A stretch of DNA of 64,000 nt from an uncultured Clostridia bacterium (GCA_946496065.1 CAMMFF010000006.1:3216-67215); one strand, 5' to 3'; positions 30,079 through 40,942 are shown, numbered from the stretch's first letter. Notes: a model not told the origin generated them from the sequence alone. Numbers and translations are program-made.

Positions 30079-30966
30079 CTATTTATTATTTTTACACTTA
30101 TTTAAATAAATATTTTTCATTATCACACTATCTTCAGCCATAGTTCCATTTGATTCACAAATAACATGACAATTTAAGTTATTATCAATCAAACAATCAC
30201 AGAAAGGTTCAAATTCAGGCCCATAAACATTATCATCAAAAGTTAAATGCCTAATTTCGCCCTTTGGACCGTATTCAATTTTTGAAAAATGAACATGAGC
30301 GTTTCGCGTTCTGTCTTCTCCCAATTTCTCAAATGAATAATCAAAGATTCTTTGATAATCCACTTTCGCTTTCAATGTCCCTTGAGTCAAAGCATTGATG
30401 TGTCCAAAATCAAAAGTTGGCATAAGTTTTTCAGAAATCGTGCAAAGATCAATAATTTCTTTCCAAGTGCCAATTTGCATTGTTTTTCCCATAGTTTCTG
30501 GACAAATATACATACCCTGTCCGAGTTCTTTCTCAATTTCAGGCATAAATTCTTTAAATCTTTGCGTCATGAGCTTTACGGCATTATCTCTTGTTTCTTT
30601 TCCACAAGAAGCAGGATGGAAAACCATTCTTTTTGCACCAAATGCATGCATAAATTTTATGCCTGTTTTGATATATCCCAGTGATTTTTCGAACATAACA
30701 GGGTCTGGATTTGCAAAGTTGATAAAATATGGAGCATGGAGAGAAATCTCAATCCCATATTTTTTGAACTCTTCTCCAATCTGCTCTGCAAGTTCAGTTT
30801 TCATTCTGTAACCTTGTCCAAAACTATATTCAAACAAGTCAAGACCGTTTTCAAACTTTCCTTTCCCTTGCTCTGTCAACCACTTTGCAGTTTCCATGGT
30901 TGATTTATGTCCCTGTTCATAAAATGACAAACTGTTTCCAGCAGGTCCAAACAGAACTTTCCCCAT
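30079..30966 (-). CDS. Endonuclease IV-like TIM-barrel AP endonuclease
   Basis: FGPAG, SLHAPYFIN, FHP, ETMGK, DFGH, HVHFS, GEIRH and ICES motifs. Confidence 0.88.
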   Translation of the reverse strand: MGKVLFGPAGNSLSFYEQGHKSTMETAKWLTEQGKGKFENGLDLFEYSFGQGYRMKTELAEQIGEEFKKYGIEISLHAPYFINFANPDPVMFEKSLGYIKTGIKFMHAFGAKRMVFHPASCGKETRDNAVKLMTQRFKEFMPEIEKELGQGMYICPETMGKTMQIGTWKEIIDLCTISEKLMPTFDFGHINALTQGTLKAKVDYQRIFDYSFEKLGEDRTRNAHVHFSKIEYGPKGEIRHLTFDDNVYGPEFEPFCDCLIDNNLNCHVICESNGTMAEDSVIMKNIYLNKCKNNK

Positions 30967-30975
30967 ATTGCCTCC

Positions 30976-31842
30976 TTAAAATCTTAATGTCAGTTTCAAT
31001 TGTCCGTTCTGAATTTCGCCAATTCCAACAAATCCAATATCGTCATAAATTTTATATTTTCCGTTTTCTTTTTTGATTTTCAAAATTTGACCATTTAGAA
31101 GTTTTGAAGATTCTTCACTTGAAACAAAGAGATTTTCATAATCAAAGACTTCTTCACATGAAATCATGTCAAATTTGCCATTTTCAATGTCTTCCAAAGA
31201 ATAAGCCTCTTTCAAATTAAACATTCCACATTTTGTGCGTAGTATGCATTGCATACTACCATAGGTTGACAGTTTTCCCGCCAAATCTCGACACAAACTT
31301 CTGATGTAGGTTCCACTTGAACATTCAACCAAAAACTTAAAAACATTCTCATCAACCTGCTCAAGAAGTTTAAAATCAAAAATTTCAACAGTTTTAGGTT
31401 TTAATTCAATGGTCTGTCCCTTTCGAGCTTCTTTATAAGCAACCTTTCCACCAACCTTTTTTGCTGAATATATTGGAGGCATTTGGTCATATCTTCCAAT
31501 CATTTCTTTTATTGCTTTTTCAACATCTCTTCTTTCAATGTGACATTCTTTTTGTTTGATAATTTCCCCTGAAGTGTCAAGAGTATCAGTTTCAAATCCA
31601 AAAACAAACACAGTCTCGTATGTCTTGGTTTTGTTTAAAAAAAAGTCAAAAAGTTTTGTTGCATTATTGACAGTCACTGGCAAAAGCCCAGAACCCTCAA
31701 GGTCCAAAGTCCCCAAATGTCCACATTTTTTTGCTTTTAAAGAATGTTTGACAATGTTGACAACTTTGTTGGATGAAATTCCTGTTGGTTTATTTACAAG
31801 CACAATACCGCTTTTATCTCTCCCAACAAAATTATTTTCCAT
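30976..31842 (-). CDS. truB: tRNA pseudouridine(55) synthase
   Basis: NKP.G.SS, GH.GTLD, QMPP.YSA and CSSGTYIRSL motifs. Confidence 0.95.
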   Translation of the reverse strand: MENNFVGRDKSGIVLVNKPTGISSNKVVNIVKHSLKAKKCGHLGTLDLEGSGLLPVTVNNATKLFDFFLNKTKTYETVFVFGFETDTLDTSGEIIKQKECHIERRDVEKAIKEMIGRYDQMPPIYSAKKVGGKVAYKEARKGQTIELKPKTVEIFDFKLLEQVDENVFKFLVECSSGTYIRSLCRDLAGKLSTYGSMQCILRTKCGMFNLKEAYSLEDIENGKFDMISCEEVFDYENLFVSSEESSKLLNGQILKIKKENGKYKIYDDIGFVGIGEIQNGQLKLTLRF

Positions 31843-32803
31843 TCACAATCCCCTTTATCCATTTTGGCATCAGTTTTTTTAGTTCTTTCAAAGAAATTTC
31901 TGTTTCAAAAGCAGACGCACAAACATGTCCACCACCACCCATCCTAGTTGCAAAATTAACAGTGTTTAAGCCATTTGAACGTAAACTAAATTTGAAATAA
32001 TTTTTTTTGTATTCAATTCCCAAAATAGAAAGTTCAACACCTTTAATTTTGACTAGATCATTGGTATAAACTTTGACATCTTCTTGGTCGGCACCAAGTC
32101 TTTGCAAATCTTTAAGTGTAAAAATTGAGCAGACCGCCTTTTTACCCTCATAATATGTCAAGTTGTCAAGCATATATTTGTATATTTCAAGTTGTTGCTG
32201 AGTCTTATATCTATACAGAAAGTCGTAAACATGTTGAATTTCTGCTTTTTTATCATAAAGCAAAATGGCTGTTTCAAACACATGTCTTGTCAAATTGTTA
32301 TGTAAAAATCTATCTGTATCTCCCATTAGCCCAGTGTATAGATAAGTTGCAATTGTTGGTGTGATTTTCAAATCACATTCAACAGCAAAATCTGTCAATA
32401 TCTCACAAGTTGCAGCATAATCATCCATAATTAGATAATTTTTTGTCGGTAGCACGTCGCCTTCAACAATCTTATGATGGTCGATAACAATGATATTTTT
32501 ACATTTTTCAACCTCAAAGACAAATTCTGATGCAAGACGACCAATTAAATGCAAATCAAGAATGATAACCAAATCAAAGTCCTCACTTTTGAAATCTGTC
32601 CTAACTTCTTCAAGTGGGAAGATGTTATCAAGATAACCCTTTCTATTCTTAATTGCGAAAATTTCAGCTTCTATATTCAAATTTCGACAAAACTCTCTCA
32701 TTGCAAACATTGCACCATATGCATCTGGGTCTGGATTTTTATGTGCAAATATTGCAATTTTTTTTGCTAGTTTGATTTTTGCTAAAATTCTATTCATTGT
32801 CAT
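31832..32803 (-). CDS. nrnA: DHH family oligoribonuclease/PAP phosphatase NrnA
   Basis: H.NPDPDAYG, IDHH, GL..DT, SLRS and GGGH motifs. Confidence 0.9.
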   Translation of the reverse strand: MTMNRILAKIKLAKKIAIFAHKNPDPDAYGAMFAMREFCRNLNIEAEIFAIKNRKGYLDNIFPLEEVRTDFKSEDFDLVIILDLHLIGRLASEFVFEVEKCKNIIVIDHHKIVEGDVLPTKNYLIMDDYAATCEILTDFAVECDLKITPTIATYLYTGLMGDTDRFLHNNLTRHVFETAILLYDKKAEIQHVYDFLYRYKTQQQLEIYKYMLDNLTYYEGKKAVCSIFTLKDLQRLGADQEDVKVYTNDLVKIKGVELSILGIEYKKNYFKFSLRSNGLNTVNFATRMGGGGHVCASAFETEISLKELKKLMPKWIKGIVNGK

Positions 32804-33161
32804 CTGAAATTTCCTCCTCTGCAGGAATATTTAATGTCTTCAAAATTTCTTCAACTCTAATTGAATTTAATGTACTCTTGTCAACAATAAAATTGATTTT
32901 TGGAACTTGTGGCATATCAACCATTTGTGCAAGTTCCCTTTTGATGTAACCTTCACTCTTTTGAAGAACTTTGACAACTTCCCCTGCTTCCTCAGGCTTG
33001 ACAACACTGACTTTTGCTTTGCAATATTTAAAATCAGGTGTGACATTCACTTCTGTGATGCTGACAATCTTATCAAGTCGTGGATCATTCATTTTTGTTT
33101 GTATAATTTCAATCAAACATCTTTGAATTTCGCTATTAGCTCTTTCCATTCTATTACTCAT
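32790..33161 (-). CDS. rbfA: Ribosome-binding factor A
   Basis: DPRL, V.IT.V.V.PD...AKV; follows infB. Confidence 0.95.
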   Translation of the reverse strand: MSNRMERANSEIQRCLIEIIQTKMNDPRLDKIVSITEVNVTPDFKYCKAKVSVVKPEEAGEVVKVLQKSEGYIKRELAQMVDMPQVPKINFIVDKSTLNSIRVEEILKTLNIPAEEEISDDNE

Positions 33162-33201
33162 AACAACTCTCCTTTATAATAAGAAAAGGGCATAAAAACC
33201 C

Positions 33202-35781
33202 TTAATCTCTTTTAACTTCTTGTTTGATATAGCATTCCAAAATGTCACCTTCTTGGAAGTCAATATTATCTTTAAGTTTAATACCACATTCAAAGCCTTT
33301 TGCAACTTCGCTCTTTTCATCTTTGACAATTTTCAAAGAATCAATGATACTTTCACCAATTATATCATTCTTACGTTTAATCTTAGCAATTCCATTTCTT
33401 TGAATTTTTCCATCAAGCACATAACTTCCTGCAACTTTTCCAGCAGAAGACAATTTGAAGATAACTCTAATTTCAGCACTGCCGACATATTTTTCTTCGT
33501 ATTTGATTGCCATCATGCCTTTTGAAAGTCTTGTGATTTGATCAACAACTTCATAGATGATTTTTGACTCAATCACAGGCACTTTTAAGCTGTCTGCCAT
33601 TTGAGAAATTTTGCTTGATGTTTTGATGTTGAAAGCCACAATGGTTGCACCAGTGGTTTGAGCAAGAATAACATCACTTTCTGTGATTGCACCTGCAGCA
33701 CTATGCAAACAAACAACCTTCACTTCATCATTTCTGATTGCTTCAAGTGATGCCTTCAAAGCCTCAACAGAACCTTGAGTGTCTGCTTTGATGATGATAT
33801 TGAGATTCTTAAGATTTCCTTCATGAATTCTTGACATAAAGTCATCAGCACTAACACCAGAGGTGTGTTTTGCTCTCTCTTGTTTGATCTTGTTGATTCT
33901 TTCGTTAATAACTTGTTTTGACAAACTTTCTTCAACTGCATAAACAGCATCGCCTGAGTTTGGAACTTCATTGAAGCCCATAACAGCCACAGGTGTTGAA
34001 GGTCCAGCCTTTTTAACTGCCTTACCATTCTCATCAAACATAGCCTTAACCTTTCCGAATGTGATTCCGGACATGATTGAATCTCCAATTTTCAATGTTC
34101 CATTTTGAACGAGAACTGTTGCAACAGCACCTCTGTTTTTGTCAAGTTCTGCTTCAATAACAGTTCCTGTTGCCATTTTGTTTGGATTGGCTTTCAAATC
34201 TTCCATTTCGGCAACAAGCAAAATCATTTTCTTGAGTTCATCAAGCCCCATTCCAGTCTTTGCAGAAATAGGAACACAAATTGCATCACCACCCCACTCT
34301 TCAGGCAAAACATCATGTTCAGCAAGTTGCTGTTTAACTCTTTCAGGGTTTGCTTCTGGTTTATCCATTTTGTTTATTGCAACAATCATTGGAACTTTTG
34401 CTGCTTTGATGTGATTGATTGCTTCAACAGTTTGAGGCATGATTCCATCATCAGCGGCAACCACAAGAATGGCAATATCAGTAACTTCTGCACCTCTTGC
34501 ACGCATAGCAGTGAACGCAGCGTGTCCTGGTGTGTCAATGAAGGTGATTTTTTCTCCATTGAAAGAGATTTGGTAAGCACCGATTTTTTGTGTGATTCCA
34601 CCCGCTTCTCCAAGCACAACATTTGTCTTTCTGAATGCATCCAAAAGTGAAGTCTTACCATGGTCAACGTGTCCCATAACTGTGACAACTGGAGGTCTTT
34701 TAACCAAATTTTTGTCATCATCTTCTTCTTTTGAAGCGTCCAAAAGTTTTTCTTCGTATGTCTTGTCAAGTTTAAGTTCCAGCGTCACACCAAGTTCACC
34801 AGCAACAAGTTCGCAAGTGTCAAAATCAATGGAACTGTTTATTGTTGCCATAATGCCGAGAAGCATAAGTTTCTTAACAATTTCTGCAACTGGTTTTCCA
34901 ATTTTTTCACTTAATTCTTTGACTGTAACTTCTCTTGAGTTTAAAACTGCATGAGTAATTGTTGGAGCAACAACAGTGGCAACTTCTTTCTTCTTTTTGA
35001 TAAGCTTTCTTGAGCCCATTGTTGTTTCTTCAAAACCTTCATCGTCCATAACCAAAATGTTGTTTTGTTTTGAAAGATTTGCTCTTTGTTTTGCGCTTAT
35101 TCTCTTGCTTTCATCAACATTTCTTCTTTGTTTATTTTTGTTTCCAAAGTTACGCTCTGGTTGAGCCAAAACAGCACTGCTTTCTGTTGGCGTTGGAGCA
35201 AAAGATTTGAAATTATTTGCCCTAGTAGACACAAAAGAATTGTTTTTAGGACGATTTTGTCCACCCTGTCCCTGTGCGTTTCTGCCATAAGGAGCATTGC
35301 CATTTCTGTTAAAGTTGTTTCCTCCGAAATTTCCTTTTTGCTGAAATCTTCCTTGTTGGTTTCCAGCATTATTGAAATTGTTGCCATTTCTTTGGAAACG
35401 ATTATTGTTGTTTTGTCCGTCAAACTTGCGGAAATTATTATTTTGATTATTGCCCTGTGAAAAAATCTTGTTTTCTTCTTTCTTTGTCTCTTTAGGCTTT
35501 AATTCTGCTTTTTGAACAGTTTCAACTTTTTCTTGTTCAGCTTTCAAAGCTTCCGCTTCTTTTGCCTTCTCAGCTTTTTCAAGTTCCGCCTTTCTTGCTT
35601 CTTCCTCTCTTTGCTTTGCTTGTTGCTGAGCCTGAAGTTTTGTTTTGCGTTCTTGAATGGATTTAGAAAAAGCGTCAATATCCACCTTTGCTTGTTTTAT
35701 TGACAATAATAAATTCTGCAAAGAACCATCTCTTTGTATGTTGTTTATAGTTTTAAGTGCGTTTAATTGTTGTGATGCCAA
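33202..35781 (-). CDS. infB: Translation initiation factor IF-2
   Basis: [25 protein letters not shown] and ECGI motifs; TTG start with AAGGAG RBS. Confidence 0.98.
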   Translation of the reverse strand: MASQQLNALKTINNIQRDGSLQNLLLSIKQAKVDIDAFSKSIQERKTKLQAQQQAKQREEEARKAELEKAEKAKEAEALKAEQEKVETVQKAELKPKETKKEENKIFSQGNNQNNNFRKFDGQNNNNRFQRNGNNFNNAGNQQGRFQQKGNFGGNNFNRNGNAPYGRNAQGQGGQNRPKNNSFVSTRANNFKSFAPTPTESSAVLAQPERNFGNKNKQRRNVDESKRISAKQRANLSKQNNILVMDDEGFEETTMGSRKLIKKKKEVATVVAPTITHAVLNSREVTVKELSEKIGKPVAEIVKKLMLLGIMATINSSIDFDTCELVAGELGVTLELKLDKTYEEKLLDASKEEDDDKNLVKRPPVVTVMGHVDHGKTSLLDAFRKTNVVLGEAGGITQKIGAYQISFNGEKITFIDTPGHAAFTAMRARGAEVTDIAILVVAADDGIMPQTVEAINHIKAAKVPMIVAINKMDKPEANPERVKQQLAEHDVLPEEWGGDAICVPISAKTGMGLDELKKMILLVAEMEDLKANPNKMATGTVIEAELDKNRGAVATVLVQNGTLKIGDSIMSGITFGKVKAMFDENGKAVKKAGPSTPVAVMGFNEVPNSGDAVYAVEESLSKQVINERINKIKQERAKHTSGVSADDFMSRIHEGNLKNLNIIIKADTQGSVEALKASLEAIRNDEVKVVCLHSAAGAITESDVILAQTTGATIVAFNIKTSSKISQMADSLKVPVIESKIIYEVVDQITRLSKGMMAIKYEEKYVGSAEIRVIFKLSSAGKVAGSYVLDGKIQRNGIAKIKRKNDIIGESIIDSLKIVKDEKSEVAKGFECGIKLKDNIDFQEGDILECYIKQEVKRD

Positions 35782-35785
35782 ATTG

Positions 35786-36088
35786 TTATTCTCCTTTTAA
35801 CAAACATTCGATAATATTTTCGCTTATTGCTTTGTTTTTAATTCCCAAAACTTTGCAATTTTCAATTGAAACAAGTTTTCCTAAATCATCAATCTGAAAA
35901 AGTGGAACACCTTTCTTTTTTGAGAGATAATTCATTTCTCTAGAAAGTGAATTTCCTGCATTTTTGTCCATCAAAATCAAGTAAAGTTTTTTTGCATATC
36001 CAGACAAGTCATCTTGTCCTACAATGACATAACCCGCCTTTCTTGCTATGTTGATCAATCCACTAATTTTGTTCAATCTCTTCTCCAA
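35786..36088 (-). CDS. L7Ae/YlxQ-like protein (divergent)
   Basis: GLI.IARKAG...G motif; lies between ylxR and infB. Confidence 0.75.
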   Translation of the reverse strand: MEKRLNKISGLINIARKAGYVIVGQDDLSGYAKKLYLILMDKNAGNSLSREMNYLSKKKGVPLFQIDDLGKLVSIENCKVLGIKNKAISENIIECLLKGE

Positions 36089-36332
36089 TCATTTGATAAA
36101 CACTCTGAGGAACTTCGCATTTGAAAGCTTTGTTCAAAGATTTTTGTCTGTAAAGCTTTTCAAAACATTCTTTTGATTTGCAGATATATGCACCCCTGCC
36201 GTTGGCCTTTCCAGTTTTGTCAACAAAGATTTCTCCTTCTTTATTTTTGACAATTCGAAGAAGTGTTCGTTTGTCGCTTTGCCCACGACAAACAATGCAC
36301 ATTCTGATTTTTTCTTTTGGTTTATTTTGCAT
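36063..36332 (-). CDS. ylxR: YlxR/RnpM family protein
   Basis: RMCIVC, L.RIV, GK..GRGAYIC motifs. Confidence 0.93.
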   Translation of the reverse strand: MQNKPKEKIRMCIVCRGQSDKRTLLRIVKNKEGEIFVDKTGKANGRGAYICKSKECFEKLYRQKSLNKAFKCEVPQSVYQMIGEEIEQN

Positions 36333-36347
36333 AAACAAACCCTCTCT

Positions 36348-37535
36348 TTATTCTTTATCGTTCAAATCTTGAATTTCGTCAAATTCGTTTTCAATCGGTT
36401 CAAGTTCTTCCAAATCGCTCATGTCAAAAGAACTGTCATCAGAAAGTTCTGTAAGTTCATAGTCAACATCTGTGTTGTCAACATCAGTCTTTGGCTTGAT
36501 GTAACTTTCAGGTTTAACATCAATTTTCCAGCCAGTAAGTTTTGCAGCAAGTCTGACATTTTGTCCTTGTTTTCCAATTGCAAGTGACAACTTGTCATCT
36601 GGAACAATAACTTGTGACATATTCAAACTGTCATTGGTTTCAACAGAAAGAACTTTTGCTGGTGAAAGTGCTCTTGCAATATATTCAAGTGGATCATCAG
36701 AATATTCCACAAGGTCAATCTTTTCGCCATTAAGTTCGTTCACAATAGTGTTGATTCTGTTTCCTCTGTTTCCAACACAAGCACCAATAGCATCAACATT
36801 TGGTCTGTCGGAATAAACAGCAACCTTTGCTCTATTTCCTGGGTCACGAGCAATGTTCTTGATCTTAACTTCACCACTGGCAATTTCAGGAACTTCCAAT
36901 TCAAACAATTTTCTAACAAATCCAATGTTGCTTCTTGAAACTTGAATTTGTGGTCCTTTGAAAGAGTCTTTAATTTTCTTTACATAAACCTTAACTCTGT
37001 CACCAACATTAAATTTGTCGCCAGGAATTTGGTCGTTTTTCATCATAACGCCTTCAGTGTTTGTTCCAGCAATTTGAACATAAACATTTTCATCATCAAC
37101 TCTTTTAACAATTGTTGTCAAAAGTTCGTCTTCTTTCTCTGACAATTCACTTATGGCATTTTGTCTTTCCATTTCTCTGAGTTTCTGCATAACAACCTGT
37201 TTTGCAGTTTGAGCAGCAATTCTTCCAAAATCTTTTGTTGATTCTTCAACTGCAACAATGTCACCAACTTTGTATGACTTCTTTTGTTGTCTTGCTTCTT
37301 CCAAAGAAATTTCTTTGTCAGGATCTTCAACTTCTGCAACAACAGTTTTGTATGAGAAAATTCTGATAGTATTTCTTTCTGGATAAAGTTTAACCATTGC
37401 TGATTTTGCTTCGCCATACATCTTCTTATAAGCGGAAGTCAACGCCGTTTCCAAAGTTTGAATGAAAACTTCTTTGTCAATTTTCTTTTCTGCCTCAAGT
37501 TCATCAAGAGCCTTGAAAAAATCTTTATTTACCAT
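36348..37535 (-). CDS. nusA: Transcription termination/antitermination factor NusA
   Basis: FGRIAAQTAKQV, LFELEVPEI and SLAIGK.GQNVRLA motifs. Confidence 0.98.
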   Translation of the reverse strand: MVNKDFFKALDELEAEKKIDKEVFIQTLETALTSAYKKMYGEAKSAMVKLYPERNTIRIFSYKTVVAEVEDPDKEISLEEARQQKKSYKVGDIVAVEESTKDFGRIAAQTAKQVVMQKLREMERQNAISELSEKEDELLTTIVKRVDDENVYVQIAGTNTEGVMMKNDQIPGDKFNVGDRVKVYVKKIKDSFKGPQIQVSRSNIGFVRKLFELEVPEIASGEVKIKNIARDPGNRAKVAVYSDRPNVDAIGACVGNRGNRINTIVNELNGEKIDLVEYSDDPLEYIARALSPAKVLSVETNDSLNMSQVIVPDDKLSLAIGKQGQNVRLAAKLTGWKIDVKPESYIKPKTDVDNTDVDYELTELSDDSSFDMSDLEELEPIENEFDEIQDLNDKE

Positions 37536-37550
37536 TTTTTATGTTTCTCC

Positions 37551-38009
37551 TTAAAATTTAATAACAAGTTTGATTGATGCAATTTTATCTCGGTCTAAAT
37601 TAATGCTTTCCTTATCAGTTTTGATAGTGACAGATTTTTCATCAAAACTTTCCAAAACTCCGGTAAACAATTTCTTCCCGTCCAGTTTTGCAAACAAAGT
37701 CACATCAACTTCATTTCCAATGTTTCTAGATAAATCTCTGTCAGTTTTGAGTGGTCTGTCAAGACCTGGTGAACTCACAACCAAAGTGTAAGGTTTGTCA
37801 TCTGTTGGATTGATTTCGTCAAGAATTGGGTCGATTTTTTTGTTTACAATTTCACAATCATCAACAGTAACGCCACCGTCTTTGTCAATTGTGAAAATCA
37901 AAGACATTCCCCCATTTTCTTTTTCGTAACTCACTTCAACAAGTTCATAACCCATTTCTTCAATAACAGGTCTGAGTTTCTCTTCGCAAATTTGTTTAAC
38001 TTTTGCCAT
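37551..38009 (-). CDS. rimP: Ribosome maturation factor RimP
   Basis: IDK.GGV..DDC and Y.L.VSSPGLDRPL motifs. Confidence 0.96.
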   Translation of the reverse strand: MAKVKQICEEKLRPVIEEMGYELVEVSYEKENGGMSLIFTIDKDGGVTVDDCEIVNKKIDPILDEINPTDDKPYTLVVSSPGLDRPLKTDRDLSRNIGNEVDVTLFAKLDGKKLFTGVLESFDEKSVTIKTDKESINLDRDKIASIKLVIKF

Positions 38010-38037
38010 TTAAACCTCCAAAATTGTCTACTTAACA

Positions 38038-38068
38038 CAAAGAGTGAGCAAAAATTTGCCCACTCCTT
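38038..38068 (-). promoter_or_regulatory. rimP-nusA leader hairpin (putative NusA-dependent attenuator)
   Basis: GGAGTGGGCAAATTTTTGCTCACTCTTT, matching the conserved Firmicute GAGTGGG..CCCACTCTTT leader; sigmaA-like TTGCAT..TATAAT upstream. Confidence 0.65.
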
Positions 38069-38179
38069 GTCAAGATATAAATATTATAACCTAAAAAAAC
38101 ATAAAATGCAAGACAATTTTACATAAATTTAAGAATTTTTAAGTCGATTAAATCAAAAAAACGGAAAAACAAATCAAGT

Positions 38180-39712
38180 TTAAACTTCATTAAGTTTCAA
38201 AAGAACTTGTGCAGTTGCAAAAGCATCATTCCAAGCCCTGTGTGCTCCTTCCAATGTAAGTCCCAAAGCCTTAACAACTGTTCCAAGATTAAACCTTGAA
38301 ATTTTAAGTCTTGAAACTCTTGCTTCATTCATTGTGTCGATGATTTCATTGTCAAAAACAAGTCCAACATTTTCGCCTTCTCTGCGAATGAATTTAATGT
38401 CAAAGCCAATTATGTTGTGTCCGCAAAGCACACAACCCTTTGAAAACTCATAGAAGTCTTTGATAACCAAATCAATCGGTGGAGCATCATCCAACATTTC
38501 GTCAGTTATCCCCGTCAAATTGATAACCTCATATGAAAGTTTTTTTGTCGGCTTGACGAAAGTAGAGAATTTCTCAATGATGTTTCCATTCTCAATCTTA
38601 ACCGCACCAAGTTCAATGATTTGGTCAGTTGCTGGGTCAAGTCCTGTGGTTTCAATGTCAAAAACAACAATCGTTCTGCCAATAATCTTTTTGTTATATT
38701 TGTCCACATGTTCAAACATCGTATCTTGTTCCATTGCAGTAAGTTTTTCAATTTGAACAACTGGTCCTTCATGCTTATATTCTTCTTTTGTTATTTCTTC
38801 ATTCCTTTGAACCTCAGTTGCCAGTGCAATCTTGTCAACATAAAGACAAAGTTTGTTCATTTGGTTGAATTTGACATCCCCATGAACCAAGACATACATA
38901 TACTCTTCAAGTGCGTCCATGTCTTTTTCATTTTTCTTTGAGCAGAAATAGATGCAATCCATTCTTCCCTTACCGTCAGCAATTTGGAAATTGTAATACG
39001 CCTTTGGTTCGCCAGCATGTTTGCCAGTCTTTCTGATAAATTCTTTCCTTTCAATTTTTTTGATGTAGCCAGCAACAATCACAGAGTTTTTTGGTGAGGT
39101 GATAAATGAAAGATATTCCGGTTTTGGAGTGATTCCACTTCCAATCACATCTTTGATGATTTCAACATTATATCTCTGTGCCACTTTGTATCTTGTCTTC
39201 ATTTCGACATTTTCAATGTCAACTTCGTCAATAAGATTTGGATTTTCAATCAGATTGATAACAAACTCAACCAAGAAATTATCCTTCAAGAATTTTGCAA
39301 GTTCGGAAGCTATCTTGTGTTCCCCAAAAAATTCAACCATTCTTGAACTCAATTCAATGTCAACGAGAACGTCAATTTCTGTGATTTTGATTGACACATT
39401 TTCATCATTGACATAAGTTGTGACAAGTTTATATTTGCTTTCAAAATAGTTCTGAATTGCCTTTCTAATCAACCTTTCTTCAAGAAAGACTCTCATAAAC
39501 TTGACTTTGAGTTGCATCTTTTCAAAATTCAAATTTTGTTTAAGCCAATTTGTGATTTCCTTCTTGTCCGAATCTGTAAGTTCTTTTGCTGTTGAAGGAT
39601 ATAAAAAAGTTATCGTGCAAATTCCCTCACGCTTCTTCACAACAACATCTTTCAGTTGAAGGTTTTCATATTTATCGCCAAATTCAGCGTTAAACTCTTG
39701 TTGAAAATTCAT
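38180..39712 (-). CDS. PolC-derived protein: N-terminal domain, OB fold and DEDDh 3'-5' exonuclease, without PHP or polymerase
   Basis: polC position between rseP and rimP; OB-like VIVAGYI...FQIADG...VLVHG; Exo motifs VFDIETTG, HN..GFD..FI, HRAWNDA; stop directly after Exo III. Confidence 0.85.
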   Translation of the reverse strand: MNFQQEFNAEFGDKYENLQLKDVVVKKREGICTITFLYPSTAKELTDSDKKEITNWLKQNLNFEKMQLKVKFMRVFLEERLIRKAIQNYFESKYKLVTTYVNDENVSIKITEIDVLVDIELSSRMVEFFGEHKIASELAKFLKDNFLVEFVINLIENPNLIDEVDIENVEMKTRYKVAQRYNVEIIKDVIGSGITPKPEYLSFITSPKNSVIVAGYIKKIERKEFIRKTGKHAGEPKAYYNFQIADGKGRMDCIYFCSKKNEKDMDALEEYMYVLVHGDVKFNQMNKLCLYVDKIALATEVQRNEEITKEEYKHEGPVVQIEKLTAMEQDTMFEHVDKYNKKIIGRTIVVFDIETTGLDPATDQIIELGAVKIENGNIIEKFSTFVKPTKKLSYEVINLTGITDEMLDDAPPIDLVIKDFYEFSKGCVLCGHNIIGFDIKFIRREGENVGLVFDNEIIDTMNEARVSRLKISRFNLGTVVKALGLTLEGAHRAWNDAFATAQVLLKLNEV

Positions 39713-39721
39713 AACATAATC

Positions 39722-39750
39722 ATTCTAGAATATAAACAAATTTTTGTCAA
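39722..39750 (-). promoter_or_regulatory. SigmaA promoter of the mini-PolC gene
   Basis: TTGACA-17bp-TAGAAT, 9 nt before ATG, no SD; rseP terminator at 39775-39797 lies upstream. Confidence 0.65.
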
Positions 39751-39796
39751 GCACAAAAAACTTCCATGCATGAAAAAAGCCTGACAGAGTCAGACT

Positions 39797-40903
39797 TTAA
39801 AGAACAAAGTGTAGAATGTCGACAATTATGACAAATGCGAAAAGAATACATATGCCGACAAAGTGTATCATGTTTTCCACTTTGCGGTTGATTGGTTTTC
39901 CTCTTATCCATTCAATTAATGTGAACAGAACATGAGAACCATCAAGCGCTGGGAACGGCAGCAAGTTGAAGACAGCCAAGTTTGCCGCAATAAGCGGAAT
40001 GAAAATCAAAAGATATGACAAACTTTGAGAAGCAAAAGTCGCAATCGTCGAGATTGTCGCAATTGTTCCGCCCATTTCAGTGATTGGAATTTGGAAAGTA
40101 ATAAGCATCCACAAACTCTTCAAAACAACCCAAGCAAAACCAAATGCCATTTCAAAAGAACGACAAAATCCCGACCAAGCATCATACACATAAGCAACCG
40201 TGCAAGGCTCTTCATCTTCAGAAGACTCAAGTCCAATCAAGCAATTGATGTAATCATTACCTGCTGAATCCTGAGCCATAACAGGATAAACCACAATTGT
40301 CAAATCAACCCAATCACCATCACGAGTTACTGACATTGTGAAAGTATATTTTTCAGCGTCAAGACCATTTTCTTCATAATAATCTTGTGCCAAAGACTTC
40401 TGTTCATTGACAAGAGTGACAAAATTTTCTCCAAAAGCAAAGTCAATTTTTTTGCTATTAATTTTTCTTATGACATCACCCTCTTCATATGGATTGACAT
40501 AAGTTGTTTGATCATACCTTGCAATCTGTGGAACGTCATAACCTATTGTGCACAGCAAAACCCAAGAAAAAATGATTGCAGTGATAAAGTTTGCAGTCAC
40601 ACCTGCAAGAAAAACCAGAATTCTTTTCCAAGGTTTTTGATTGTTGAATGCAGTTGGAGATTCAGACTCTTTCTCATCATCTTCTCCCTCAAAAGCACAG
40701 TATCCCCCAAGTGGGAAAATACGCAAAGAAAACTTTTCGCCAGTCTTTTTGCTTGTATGAGTAAAAATTGGAAAACCAAATCCAATAGAAAATTCTGTTA
40801 TCTTGAACTTGAGAATTTTGCCAACCACATAGTGACCAAATTCATGGATAAGCACCATAAACAGCAAAATCACAATAGCAAGTATAATGTACCAAAAAAT
40901 CAT
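39797..40903 (-). CDS. rseP: RseP/RasP M50 intramembrane metalloprotease
   Basis: HEFGH, FSIGFG, PLGGY and NLLPFPALDG motifs. Confidence 0.93.
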   Translation of the reverse strand: MIFWYIILAIVILLFMVLIHEFGHYVVGKILKFKITEFSIGFGFPIFTHTSKKTGEKFSLRIFPLGGYCAFEGEDDEKESESPTAFNNQKPWKRILVFLAGVTANFITAIIFSWVLLCTIGYDVPQIARYDQTTYVNPYEEGDVIRKINSKKIDFAFGENFVTLVNEQKSLAQDYYEENGLDAEKYTFTMSVTRDGDWVDLTIVVYPVMAQDSAGNDYINCLIGLESSEDEEPCTVAYVYDAWSGFCRSFEMAFGFAWVVLKSLWMLITFQIPITEMGGTIATISTIATFASQSLSYLLIFIPLIAANLAVFNLLPFPALDGSHVLFTLIEWIRGKPINRKVENMIHFVGICILFAFVIIVDILHFVL

Positions 40904-40942
40904 CTTAAAATCCTTAAATTAAAGTCGATGTAGGTCTTTTGT

